Made by a program: the position numbers and the translations under genes. Below the pieces are notes generated by a model, which saw nothing but the letters and a program-made list of their open reading frames with translations, made no database searches and was not told the DNA's origin. 45,838 bases of DNA from Chloroflexota bacterium. GTDB lineage: Bacteria; Chloroflexota; DTOL01; JACQYG01. Below are positions 25,772-33,730 of the stretch, piece after piece (position 1 is the first letter of the stretch; the number at the start of each line of letters is the position of its first letter). The stretch spans positions 1-45,838 of the forward strand of contig JBFMCB010000002.1 in the NCBI GenBank assembly GCA_040754915.1, in the 5' to 3' direction.

Positions 25772-27262
25772 ATGCAGCAACGGAACGTCAATCTGCTCAT
25801 CGGCATCATCGTTATGGCCCTGGTGGCCATCTGGGTGAATCTGCCGGATAACCCGGGCATTCACATTGATTTCGCGGGGATAAAGTACGACCGCGAGATA
25901 AGGGTTCACGAAGGGCTGGATCTCCAGGGAGGCCTGCAGGTGCTGTTGGAGGCCGACGCCACGGCGCTGCCCGACCAGAAGGTCGACCCCAGCACCATGG
26001 AAACGGTGAAAGGCATCATCGAGAACCGGGTCAACGGCCTGGGGGTGACCGAGCCCCTGATACAGTTGCAAGGCGCCAACCGCAGCCGGATCATCGTCGA
26101 GCTGCCAGGCATCAAAGATCCCGACGAGGCGATCAGGATTTTTGGCAAAACCGGTCTCTTGGAGTTCGTGGATAGCGGCTCAACCTTCTTGCCCCGCGGC
26201 ACCCGGATCACTACGGACCATGGCTCCACTGCCCCTGTCACACCCACGGTCACGACGGCCCCATCGGCTACCGTGACCCCGGCTGTGACCGCCACCCAGG
26301 CGCTCACCACCACGGCGCCGGTCACCTCCACCGCCCCGGTGACGCCAACGGCCAAGGTCTACCAGACCATCATGACCGGCAGCGAGATAAAAGATGCTGG
26401 GGTGGGGTTGGATCGACTCCAACGGCCCGCCGTCACTTTTTCCCTCAAGGGCGACGGCCCGAAAAAGTTCGCCGACTTCACCTCGAAAAACGTAGGGCGG
26501 TATCTAGCCATTGTTTTGGATGGGGAGGTCGTGTCCTGCCCAGTGATCAACCAGCCGATCACCGACGGGAGCGGGATCATCGAGGGCGGAGAGCAAGGGT
26601 TCCGGCTCGACGAGGCGAAAAGCCTGGCTGTGGTGCTGAAGTACGGCTCGCTGCCGGTGCCGCTGATCCAAAAGGAGACCCGCACCGTGGGTCCTACTCT
26701 GGGGCAGGAGTCGGTGCAGAAGAGCATTATATCCGGCGCCATTGGCCTGCTCATCGTGGTGCTCTTCATGTTGATCTACTACCGCCTACCGGGGTTGCTG
26801 GCTGACCTGGCCCTGGGCATATATGCTCTCCTGGTATTCGCGTTGTTCAAGCTGATCCCGGTTACCCTAACGCTGCCCGGCATCGCCGGGTTCATCCTCT
26901 CTATCGGCATGGCGGTGGACGCCAACATATTGATCTTCGAGCGCATGAAGGAGGAGATGCGGTCGGGCAAGACCTTGGGCGCCGCCATCGAGGCGGGGTT
27001 CGCCCGGGCCTGGACCTCCATCCGCGATTCCAACTTCTCCACCCTGATCACGTGTGGCATACTGTACTGGTTCGGCGCGAACTTCGGAGCCAGCATCGTC
27101 CGCGGCTTTGCCTTCACCCTGGCCATCGGCGTCCTGGTCAGCATGTTCACCGCCATCACGGTCACGCGCACCTTCCTGCGGTTCACCCAGCAGAGCTGGT
27201 TCCCGCGCCCCCTGGAACAAGAACAGAAGCGCCTGCGCTGGCTGTTGGGCCTCAGCGAGTAG
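25772..27262 (+). CDS. secD: Protein translocase subunit SecD (with PT-rich insertion in the periplasmic head)
   Basis: Has an N-terminal TM segment, a GLDLQGG motif and a six-TM C-terminal bundle (VDANILIFERMKEE). ATG at 25772; the track uses the TTG at 25769. No secF follows. Confidence 0.85.
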   Translation: MQQRNVNLLIGIIVMALVAIWVNLPDNPGIHIDFAGIKYDREIRVHEGLDLQGGLQVLLEADATALPDQKVDPSTMETVKGIIENRVNGLGVTEPLIQLQGANRSRIIVELPGIKDPDEAIRIFGKTGLLEFVDSGSTFLPRGTRITTDHGSTAPVTPTVTTAPSATVTPAVTATQALTTTAPVTSTAPVTPTAKVYQTIMTGSEIKDAGVGLDRLQRPAVTFSLKGDGPKKFADFTSKNVGRYLAIVLDGEVVSCPVINQPITDGSGIIEGGEQGFRLDEAKSLAVVLKYGSLPVPLIQKETRTVGPTLGQESVQKSIISGAIGLLIVVLFMLIYYRLPGLLADLALGIYALLVFALFKLIPVTLTLPGIAGFILSIGMAVDANILIFERMKEEMRSGKTLGAAIEAGFARAWTSIRDSNFSTLITCGILYWFGANFGASIVRGFAFTLAIGVLVSMFTAITVTRTFLRFTQQSWFPRPLEQEQKRLRWLLGLSE

Positions 27263-27347
27263 AGACCAAGAGGAACTGGCCAGCGAGTGTGCCACCGGTA
27301 TCGCTCGCTGGCCCTTCTTGTCTCCAGCACCCGCATAGGAGGTCGGG

Positions 27348-28733
27348 ATGAGCACGCTAGTCAAGGGCGGCATCATAGCGACGGCAGGCGATACCTACGA
27401 GGCCGATATCCTGATCGACAATGGGATCATCGCCCTCATCGGCAACTTCCTGGAGGCCCAGGTGGACCAGGTCATCGACGCCTCGGGGTCCTACGTCCTG
27501 CCGGGGGCGATAGATGCGCACACTCACCTAGAGTTGTCCGTGTCGGGCACGGTCTCCTCAGACGATTTCTACACTGGCACCGTCGCCGCAGCCTGCGGCG
27601 GCACCACCACCATCATCGACTATGCTGACCAGGTGCATGGAGAACCCCTGGCCAAGGGCCTGGAGGCACGTGTGGCCGCCGCCCGCGGCAAGGCCGTCAT
27701 CGACTACGGGTTCCACCTGGTCCTCACCGAGTATAACGCCCGGGTGGCCGAGGAGATGGCGGAGATGGTCAGCGCGGGCGTGTCCAGCTTCAAGTGCTTT
27801 CTGGCCTACAAAGGCCGGACCATGATCGATGACGGGACGCTCCTTGTGCTGCTTTCGCGCTCCAAGGACATAGGCGCGCTGACCTGCGTGCACTGCGAAA
27901 ACGGCGAGGTGATCGCCGTCCTAACGCGGAGGCTTTTGAGCGAGGGAAAGACCAGCACCAGGTACCACCCCGAGAGCCGCCCTCCGGAGGTGGAGGCAGA
28001 GGCCACCGGCCGTGCCATCGCCCTGGCCGAGATGGCCCAGGCGCCGGTCTACATCGTGCATTTGACCACCGCCCAGTCCCTGGAGAAGGTGCGGGCGGCC
28101 AGAGCCAGGGGGCTTACGGTTTACGCCGAGACCTGCCCGCAGTACCTCCTCCTCTCCGCCGACAAGTACGACGAACCTGGCTTCGAGGCGGCCAAATACG
28201 TCATGTCTCCCCCCCTGCGCCCGAGATCGCACCAAGGGGCGCTCTGGACCGGCCTCGTGAATGGCGACATCCAGGTCGTAGCCACGGACCACTGCCCGTT
28301 CAACTTCAAAGAGCAGAAGGAGCTGGGGCGAGAGGATTTCTCACGCATCCCCAACGGCGCCCCGGGCATAGAGACCAGGTTGTATCTATTGTACACCGAG
28401 GGGGTCGCGAAGGGCAGGATCAGCCTGAATCGGTTCGTGGATCTGGTGGCCACCGCGCCGGCCAAGCTCTTCGGGCTATACCCCAAAAAGGGCACCATCG
28501 CCGTGGGCAGCGACGCCGATCTTGTGGTCTGGGATCCCAAGGTCAGGCACGTCCTGAGCGTCGAGACATTGCATCAAAATGTGGACTACGACCCCTACGA
28601 GGGGTTCGAGGCCAGGGGCAAACCCACGGTGGTGATGTCCAGGGGAAAGGTCATCGTAAAAAATGGGACCTTCCTGGGCCAAGCCGGTGCCGGCGAGTTC
28701 CTGCGACGCAAGCCTTACCCCGGCGTCATCTAG
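27348..28733 (+). CDS. hydA: Dihydropyrimidinase / D-hydantoinase
   Basis: Contains GAIDAHTHLEL, the FKCFLAYKG region with the carboxylated Lys, and VATDHCPF. Confidence 0.85.
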   Translation: MSTLVKGGIIATAGDTYEADILIDNGIIALIGNFLEAQVDQVIDASGSYVLPGAIDAHTHLELSVSGTVSSDDFYTGTVAAACGGTTTIIDYADQVHGEPLAKGLEARVAAARGKAVIDYGFHLVLTEYNARVAEEMAEMVSAGVSSFKCFLAYKGRTMIDDGTLLVLLSRSKDIGALTCVHCENGEVIAVLTRRLLSEGKTSTRYHPESRPPEVEAEATGRAIALAEMAQAPVYIVHLTTAQSLEKVRAARARGLTVYAETCPQYLLLSADKYDEPGFEAAKYVMSPPLRPRSHQGALWTGLVNGDIQVVATDHCPFNFKEQKELGREDFSRIPNGAPGIETRLYLLYTEGVAKGRISLNRFVDLVATAPAKLFGLYPKKGTIAVGSDADLVVWDPKVRHVLSVETLHQNVDYDPYEGFEARGKPTVVMSRGKVIVKNGTFLGQAGAGEFLRRKPYPGVI

Positions 28734-28769
28734 GTTACCGTCACCCTGCCACGACGTAGGAGAGACGAG

Positions 28770-29345
28770 TTGAGACTGATCGTGGGGATATCTGGCGCCA
28801 CCGGTGCCATCTACGGGATCCGGCTCCTTCAGGTGCTGCAAAGGGCATCAGGCGTGGAGACCGACCTCATCATCACCGGTCCAGCTCAACAGACCATCGA
28901 ATACGAGACCGAGTGGAGGGTAGAGCAGGTAAAGGCCCTGGCCACCGGTGTCTTCGATGTGGACGACCTGATGGCCGGCCCGTCCAGCGGCTCGTACCGG
29001 CGGGACGGAATGGTGGTCATTCCCTGTAGTATCAAGACCATGTCCGCCCTGGCCTATTCCCACAGCGACAACCTGTTGGTCCGGGCCGGTGACGTGACCT
29101 TGAAAGAGCGCAAGCCCCTGGTCCTGGTGGTGCGGGAATCGCCACTTCACCTGGGTCACCTGCGCAGCATGGCACAGTTGACGGAGATGGGCGCCACCAT
29201 CCTGCCGCCAGTGCCGTCGTTCTATCAGCGCCCCAAGACCATCGACGATATCGTTGACCACACGGTGGCCAGGGTATTGGACTTTTTTAGCATCCCCCAT
29301 GATCTCTCTGCCAGGTGGAAGGGCCTTCCCGGCAATGATGGGTAG
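28770..29345 (+). CDS. ubiX: Flavin prenyltransferase UbiX
   Basis: Contains RLIVGISGATGAIYG and VIPCSIKTMSALA motifs. TTG start. Confidence 0.9.
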   Translation: MRLIVGISGATGAIYGIRLLQVLQRASGVETDLIITGPAQQTIEYETEWRVEQVKALATGVFDVDDLMAGPSSGSYRRDGMVVIPCSIKTMSALAYSHSDNLLVRAGDVTLKERKPLVLVVRESPLHLGHLRSMAQLTEMGATILPPVPSFYQRPKTIDDIVDHTVARVLDFFSIPHDLSARWKGLPGNDG

Positions 29346-29748
29346 AGGCACGAGGACGAGCGCCGGGACCGGGACGCACCGGGTTATTGCGGAGGCCACG
29401 GTCCTGTCCAACGGTGTCAGCGTGATACTGGTTGGAGGCACCTTGCCCCACATCGGCGCGGTGGCCATAGCGGTGCCGCGCCCCAGCCTGGCTGACCCGG
29501 CCATGCCTAGCGCCACCACCTCGGTGTATACCGTGGTAGGGCACAAAGACGACGAGATCGCCCGCCCGGCGGCTCATCTCCTGGCCCAGGAACTGGGCTG
29601 CCTGGCAGTGGTCACGGCGGGGGTACACCTGGATAACGCCACCCCACAAGACGTGGAGCTACTGGTGACCAATGCTCGGCGGGCCAGCGAAAGGTTGGCC
29701 CGCCGGTTGAGGCTCCGTCTCTTTACCGGTAAAGTGAATGGCCTCTAG
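29335..29748 (+). CDS. LpdD-like prenylated-flavin chaperone (UbiD-system accessory protein)
   Basis: The GGTLPHIGAVA and TAGVHLDNAT segments resemble my recollection of LpdD (GGTNPHIGDV, TAGIHVNQIT). Start placed at the ATG at 29335, overlapping the ubiX end by 11 nt. Confidence 0.5.
   Translation: MMGRGTRTSAGTGTHRVIAEATVLSNGVSVILVGGTLPHIGAVAIAVPRPSLADPAMPSATTSVYTVVGHKDDEIARPAAHLLAQELGCLAVVTAGVHLDNATPQDVELLVTNARRASERLARRLRLRLFTGKVNGL
29718..29737. repeat. AT-rich palindrome family, variant copy I (TCTCTTTACCGGTAAAGTGA)
   Basis: The CTTTAC-CG-GTAAAG arms are kept, with a symmetric CTAG-to-CCGG change at the centre. It lies in the last codons of the LpdD-like ORF and is read as L-F-T-G-K-V. 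Confidence 0.4.
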
Positions 29749-29877
29749 CATGGCGCCTGGGCCAGGGACCCGCTGAGGCCTTGAAGCCCGCGTTGACTGA
29801 TGCGTCCTTCACTGGCGGCGCAGGGTCGTCGGACTCCACCCACCCTCTTCTCCTCTTCCAGGCCTTGGCCGGCCAGC

Positions 29878-30087
29878 CTATTGCTTGGGGCTGTGGGGCT
29901 TCATGGCCCACATCATGGCCACCATCAAGAGAGGGCACAGCACGGCGATCAGGAAAGGGCCAAAAGCCCCTAAAGATAGCCCCAGGGCTGGCAATATCAC
30001 CAGTGCTGCCAGCGGCACGAGGCAGCACAGGAGCATGATCAGGCCCATGCGGCCCATGGACCCGCCAGTGGGATGATCGTGGTTCAT
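29878..30087 (-). CDS. Small His/Cys-rich membrane protein (DUF2933-like), paralog 1
   Basis: 69 aa of the form MNHDHP...IMLLCCLVPL...LCPLLM. An AAAGGGGA SD precedes it. It is paralogous to the ORF at 33314..33589. Confidence 0.5.
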   Translation of the reverse strand: MNHDHPTGGSMGRMGLIMLLCCLVPLAALVILPALGLSLGAFGPFLIAVLCPLLMVAMMWAMKPHSPKQ

Positions 30088-30347
30088 CGTTTTTCCCCTT
30101 TGTCTGCAATTATCCGCCTCAGTTCCCGGGTCTCCATTTTGGATCGCTTTTCCTGGCTAGATATAGCGGCTCGCAAGGGTCAGGCGATCGGCGTGGGGCT
30201 CCGCCAGTTGGGCCGTAGCTTTCTCGCCGGAGACGGCGTCCACCAGCGCGGCGCCAGATGCCCGCTCGGAATATGACCGGATCGATGTCTGGAGTGCAGC
30301 CTTAAGGCTGCATTCCCATTCGGGCTATCTCCTGCTCTTCAAAGACG

Positions 30348-30908
30348 CTATCCAATGCCGTTCAGGACCCGCTCCAAATCCCCGCACACCTGACCCAGGC
30401 CCTCTTCCATATAAGGATAGGCCAGCCAGACCGTGCCCACGCCGAAGAGGGTCCCGGTGATGGTGCGCAGCCACCAGGTGCTCTCCCGCCAGCCGAAGAG
30501 CTGGGTGAAGCCGTCAAGGGCCATGGGCGCGATGAAGAGGAGATAGGCCTGCCAGGGAAGGGGACGCAGTCGAGCCCGCACCAGGTCGAAGGCCAGACCA
30601 GCCACCAGGATGGAGCCATAGATGGCCAGGCTGCGATGGTCCAGGGCGGTGGGATAGCCGAAGAGCAGGTAGTGCCGCGACCAGAGCTGGTGGCAGATGA
30701 GCCGATAGGCCAGATATAGAGTCTGAGCCGGAACCGCCCAGCCAGCGCCCATCAAGATCGGCGGGACCAGGGACAGCCCTACGAGCACCCCCATGAAGAG
30801 ATTGAAGAAGGCCAGCCAGTGTCGAGCGAAGGCGAGCACAGCCCGATCCAGAAAGATCACCATCTCCCTCTTCCGGCCCGTCACCTTGGCCTCAGCGGTT
30901 TGCGACAT
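30348..30908 (-). CDS. DUF2085-like polytopic membrane protein
   Basis: Has an ICHQ motif followed by DHRSLAIYG and five or six TM helices. Its start lies 4 nt after the stop of the upstream gene. Confidence 0.45.
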   Translation of the reverse strand: MSQTAEAKVTGRKREMVIFLDRAVLAFARHWLAFFNLFMGVLVGLSLVPPILMGAGWAVPAQTLYLAYRLICHQLWSRHYLLFGYPTALDHRSLAIYGSILVAGLAFDLVRARLRPLPWQAYLLFIAPMALDGFTQLFGWRESTWWLRTITGTLFGVGTVWLAYPYMEEGLGQVCGDLERVLNGIG

Positions 30909-30911
30909 CTC

Positions 30912-33323
30912 TCACCTGTCTCCTCTTGGGTTTCTGGCCACTTCCACCGCGTATGCCGGCCGGAGGGCCGTCCCCCGCTCAGGCGGTTTATGTCTCAGCC
31001 ATCCCCAGGCCACCAGGGCTGCCACACCCAGATAGGCCGCCCCACCCAGCAACTGGCTCCAACTGAACCCCCACAGGATCGCCACGGCTATCCCCAGGGC
31101 GCTGCCGGCCACGGTCATGATGCCGTTGACCCCCCACATCAGGGCTGCAGTGCCCGGCCCGGCCAGATCCTTGGCCATCCTCAGGCCCGATGGAAATGGG
31201 ATGCCCAAGAGGAGTCCCAGTGGGAATATAAGGAGTCCCGCCAGGCCCAGGCGCAGGGTCAGGTGCCAGGCCAGGGCCAGGGCCACCAGTTGGGGCACGA
31301 GCAGGGCCACCGCGATGGTCAATAGGCCCGCTCCCAAGGAGGCCAGGGCCACCAGTCGGGGCAACTTCCCTGACGGGACCCTCCCAGACAGCAGGCTCCC
31401 CAGGCCGCCCGAAGCCAGCAAGAGAAAGATGACAGTCGCCATGGCGGTGGTCGGGTGACCGATGAACAGGGTCAGGCGCTGGATCAGGCTGATCTCCACC
31501 AGCATGAAGCCCGCTCCCAGCAGTGAGAAGTAGGGCACGAGCTTCGCCTTGATCGACGCCTCGGCGCCAGAGCCCCGGCTCAGGGAGGGGTAGCCCCAGG
31601 CTACCAAAAGCCCCAGCAGGAGCAGGAGCGACCACAAGGTCCCGGGAAGCCCCGGTGCGGTGAAGTAGAAGAAGGGCTGATCGTCAGATACTGGTGTCAT
31701 CCTGGCCGGGGTGAACCCCTGAATGAACCCCGGCAGGCTCTGCTGGCCTTCCGCCAGAGGCACGAAGGGCCCAGTGGACTGCAGATGAGGGACAAAGAGC
31801 GGGGTGAGCCCCGCCGCGATGGCGCGTCCCTTCATCTCACCAGCCCCGAAGGGTGAAATGGGCTCACGGCGCAGGATCAAGAGAGGGTACATGGGCGAGG
31901 CGCCGTGCCCCATGGCCACCGCCGGTTTCTTATCGCTGAACATGGCCAGGTGCCGGGTGGCCTGAGCCGTACTCTCCCCCTTTCGTGAGATGGCCGCCAC
32001 CGCGGTGACGAAGGCCCGGGTCAGGTCTCTTTCGTCGTGGAGCTTGAAGATCACCTGGCCCTGAGGCGTCAGGTGGTCCAGGTAGTCCTGGAACGCTTCC
32101 ACAGTGTACAGGTAGTTCTCCGAGAGGGCCAGGCCGTTCATCTCGGCGGCCTGGGCCACGGTCAAGGATAGATAGATGGTGTCGAAACGTTCCAGGCTGC
32201 GCCGCAAGTAGTTGCGTCCCTCACCGACCACGGTTTTCACGCCGGGCAGGTCGTAGACGCCGCCGTTGAAGTCGGCGAAGCGCCGCACTGCCCTCACCGT
32301 GCCCTGGTTGAGCTCCACGGCGGTGATATCCCTGCTGCCGCCAAGGAGGGCCAGAAGCACGTCCTTCCCACCGCCGGGGCCGATGATCAGGGTCTTGCCC
32401 GGCTCTTTCAGGGTGAAGGGGAAGAAGCCGATGTCCCGTTTCAGCGCTGCCACCGGGCCTTCCGGGTAGCGATACATCACCGAGCCGGAGCCACCGTCAA
32501 TGTACACGATCTTCTCGTCGGGCAGGGAGGGCAACTCCACCACGTCGGTCCGGGCAAAGGCGTCCCAGTCGGAGTAGACGATGGAGGCCGGGCGCTTGGG
32601 ATCGTTCAGTTCCAGGGTCATGGGCTTGTCCGCCAATCTGATGCCCCGGAACTCCAGGTCCAGGCCCTGGCCGGTGGCGGTGAGGACCAGGGCCCAGCCC
32701 AGGACCGCCACCCCGGCCAGGTTCGCGGCGAGCTGCCGTGGGGATGTGGGAAGGGAAAAGGCCACGCCAGCCAGGCTCAGGGCGACTATTCCCAGCACGG
32801 CTGTCCCGATGCCGCCCAAGAGGCCCAGAAGGGGCAATGCCAAAAGCACACCGCTGCCGGCGCCAAAGAGATTGCTCCAGTACAGGGAACTGCTCTGTTT
32901 CACGAATCGGGCGAAGACAAGCCCCAGGACCATGCCTGGGGGGAGGAAGACCACCGTGGCCATGGCCAGGTAGATGAGGAACGAATCGAACCAGGTCAGG
33001 CGAACCAGGAGAACCAGAGCGACCAGGGACACGAGGGCCCCGACCCCGGAAAAGGCGGCGGCGGCCCTCAGCGAAGAGGATGAAGAGAGGGGGACCAGGC
33101 GCTTTCGGTACACCAGCAGGCTCCCCAGGCCCAGTCCCAGAATAGCCACCGAGAGCACCAGGAAGACGTACTGATAGGCCAGGAAGACCGAAAGGATCCT
33201 GGTCAGCGATAACTCCAGCGCCATCACGCTCCAGGAGACCAGGAAGACCCCCAGGTGGGTGGCAACCACGTTGCTGCTTATCCCTTGCCCGATTCTCAAA
33301 GACGATCTTTCTCTTAGTGGCAT
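30912..33323 (-). CDS. Spermidine-synthase-like (class I SAM-fold) domain flanked by two polytopic membrane modules
   Basis: The central segment KTLIIGPGGGKDVLLAL...ITAVELN...GEGRNYL fits an aminopropyl/methyltransferase fold. The N- and C-terminal TM bundles are related to each other (LELSLTRILSVF versus LVEISLIQRLTLF). Start moved to the ATG at 33323. Confidence 0.65.
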   Translation of the reverse strand: MPLRERSSLRIGQGISSNVVATHLGVFLVSWSVMALELSLTRILSVFLAYQYVFLVLSVAILGLGLGSLLVYRKRLVPLSSSSSLRAAAAFSGVGALVSLVALVLLVRLTWFDSFLIYLAMATVVFLPPGMVLGLVFARFVKQSSSLYWSNLFGAGSGVLLALPLLGLLGGIGTAVLGIVALSLAGVAFSLPTSPRQLAANLAGVAVLGWALVLTATGQGLDLEFRGIRLADKPMTLELNDPKRPASIVYSDWDAFARTDVVELPSLPDEKIVYIDGGSGSVMYRYPEGPVAALKRDIGFFPFTLKEPGKTLIIGPGGGKDVLLALLGGSRDITAVELNQGTVRAVRRFADFNGGVYDLPGVKTVVGEGRNYLRRSLERFDTIYLSLTVAQAAEMNGLALSENYLYTVEAFQDYLDHLTPQGQVIFKLHDERDLTRAFVTAVAAISRKGESTAQATRHLAMFSDKKPAVAMGHGASPMYPLLILRREPISPFGAGEMKGRAIAAGLTPLFVPHLQSTGPFVPLAEGQQSLPGFIQGFTPARMTPVSDDQPFFYFTAPGLPGTLWSLLLLLGLLVAWGYPSLSRGSGAEASIKAKLVPYFSLLGAGFMLVEISLIQRLTLFIGHPTTAMATVIFLLLASGGLGSLLSGRVPSGKLPRLVALASLGAGLLTIAVALLVPQLVALALAWHLTLRLGLAGLLIFPLGLLLGIPFPSGLRMAKDLAGPGTAALMWGVNGIMTVAGSALGIAVAILWGFSWSQLLGGAAYLGVAALVAWGWLRHKPPERGTALRPAYAVEVARNPRGDR

Positions 33324-33589
33324 TTCGCTGGCCCGCCGTCTCCGGCCCTGGCCGTTCCGCCCTGGCCATCGGAGCTGCTCCCGGTCGCGGCCTTGTCCTG
33401 AGGTCCGGCCACGAAGTGCATCAAGAGCAAATGGCCCAGCGGACAGAGCAGGATCAGGATCACATAGCCCAGGGAGGTCAAGGGCACTCCCAGAACGGTA
33501 ATGGCGGCGAAGGCCACCAGAGGAACCAGGCAGCAAATGAGCATGATCAGCAGGTGTCTATTGTTCATGGAATGACTGGAATGGTCCAT
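33314..33589 (-). CDS. Small His/Cys-rich membrane protein (DUF2933-like), paralog 2
   Basis: 91 aa of the form MDHSSHSMNNRH..IMLICCLVPL...LCPLGHLLLMH. It has an AAGGAGG SD and overlaps the downstream gene start by 10 nt. Confidence 0.5.
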   Translation of the reverse strand: MDHSSHSMNNRHLLIMLICCLVPLVAFAAITVLGVPLTSLGYVILILLCPLGHLLLMHFVAGPQDKAATGSSSDGQGGTARAGDGGPAKCH

Positions 33590-33675
33590 CTCCCGCCTCC
33601 TTATATCCCAGAGACAACTGTGGCTACGAACGGGTGCAGCCTACCACAATCACGGGCGCTTGTATTTAAAAGGGC

Positions 33676-33702
33676 ATTAAGAGGGTGTTAAGATCTGGTT
33701 AA
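33676..33702 (-). promoter_or_regulatory. Three 11-bp-phased direct repeats (TTAAC-N6-TTAAC-N6-TTAAT on the minus strand); candidate OmpR-family binding site
   Basis: Plus strand reads ATTAA-gagggt-GTTAA-gatctg-GTTAA. The repeats lie 87 to 113 nt upstream of the DUF2933-like paralog 2 ATG. Confidence 0.4.
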
Positions 33703-33730
33703 ACTTTGACGTGCCCAATGGTTGACCTCC

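Noticed and set aside
30073-30276. 67 aa plus-strand ORF between the DUF2933-like and DUF2085-like genes
   Set aside because: It has no SD and an odd composition, and it overlaps the start of the minus-strand DUF2933-like gene. A minus-strand frame here reads protein-like (…SERASGAALVDAVSGEKATAQLAEPHADRLTLASRYI) but lacks an obvious start, so neither is called.
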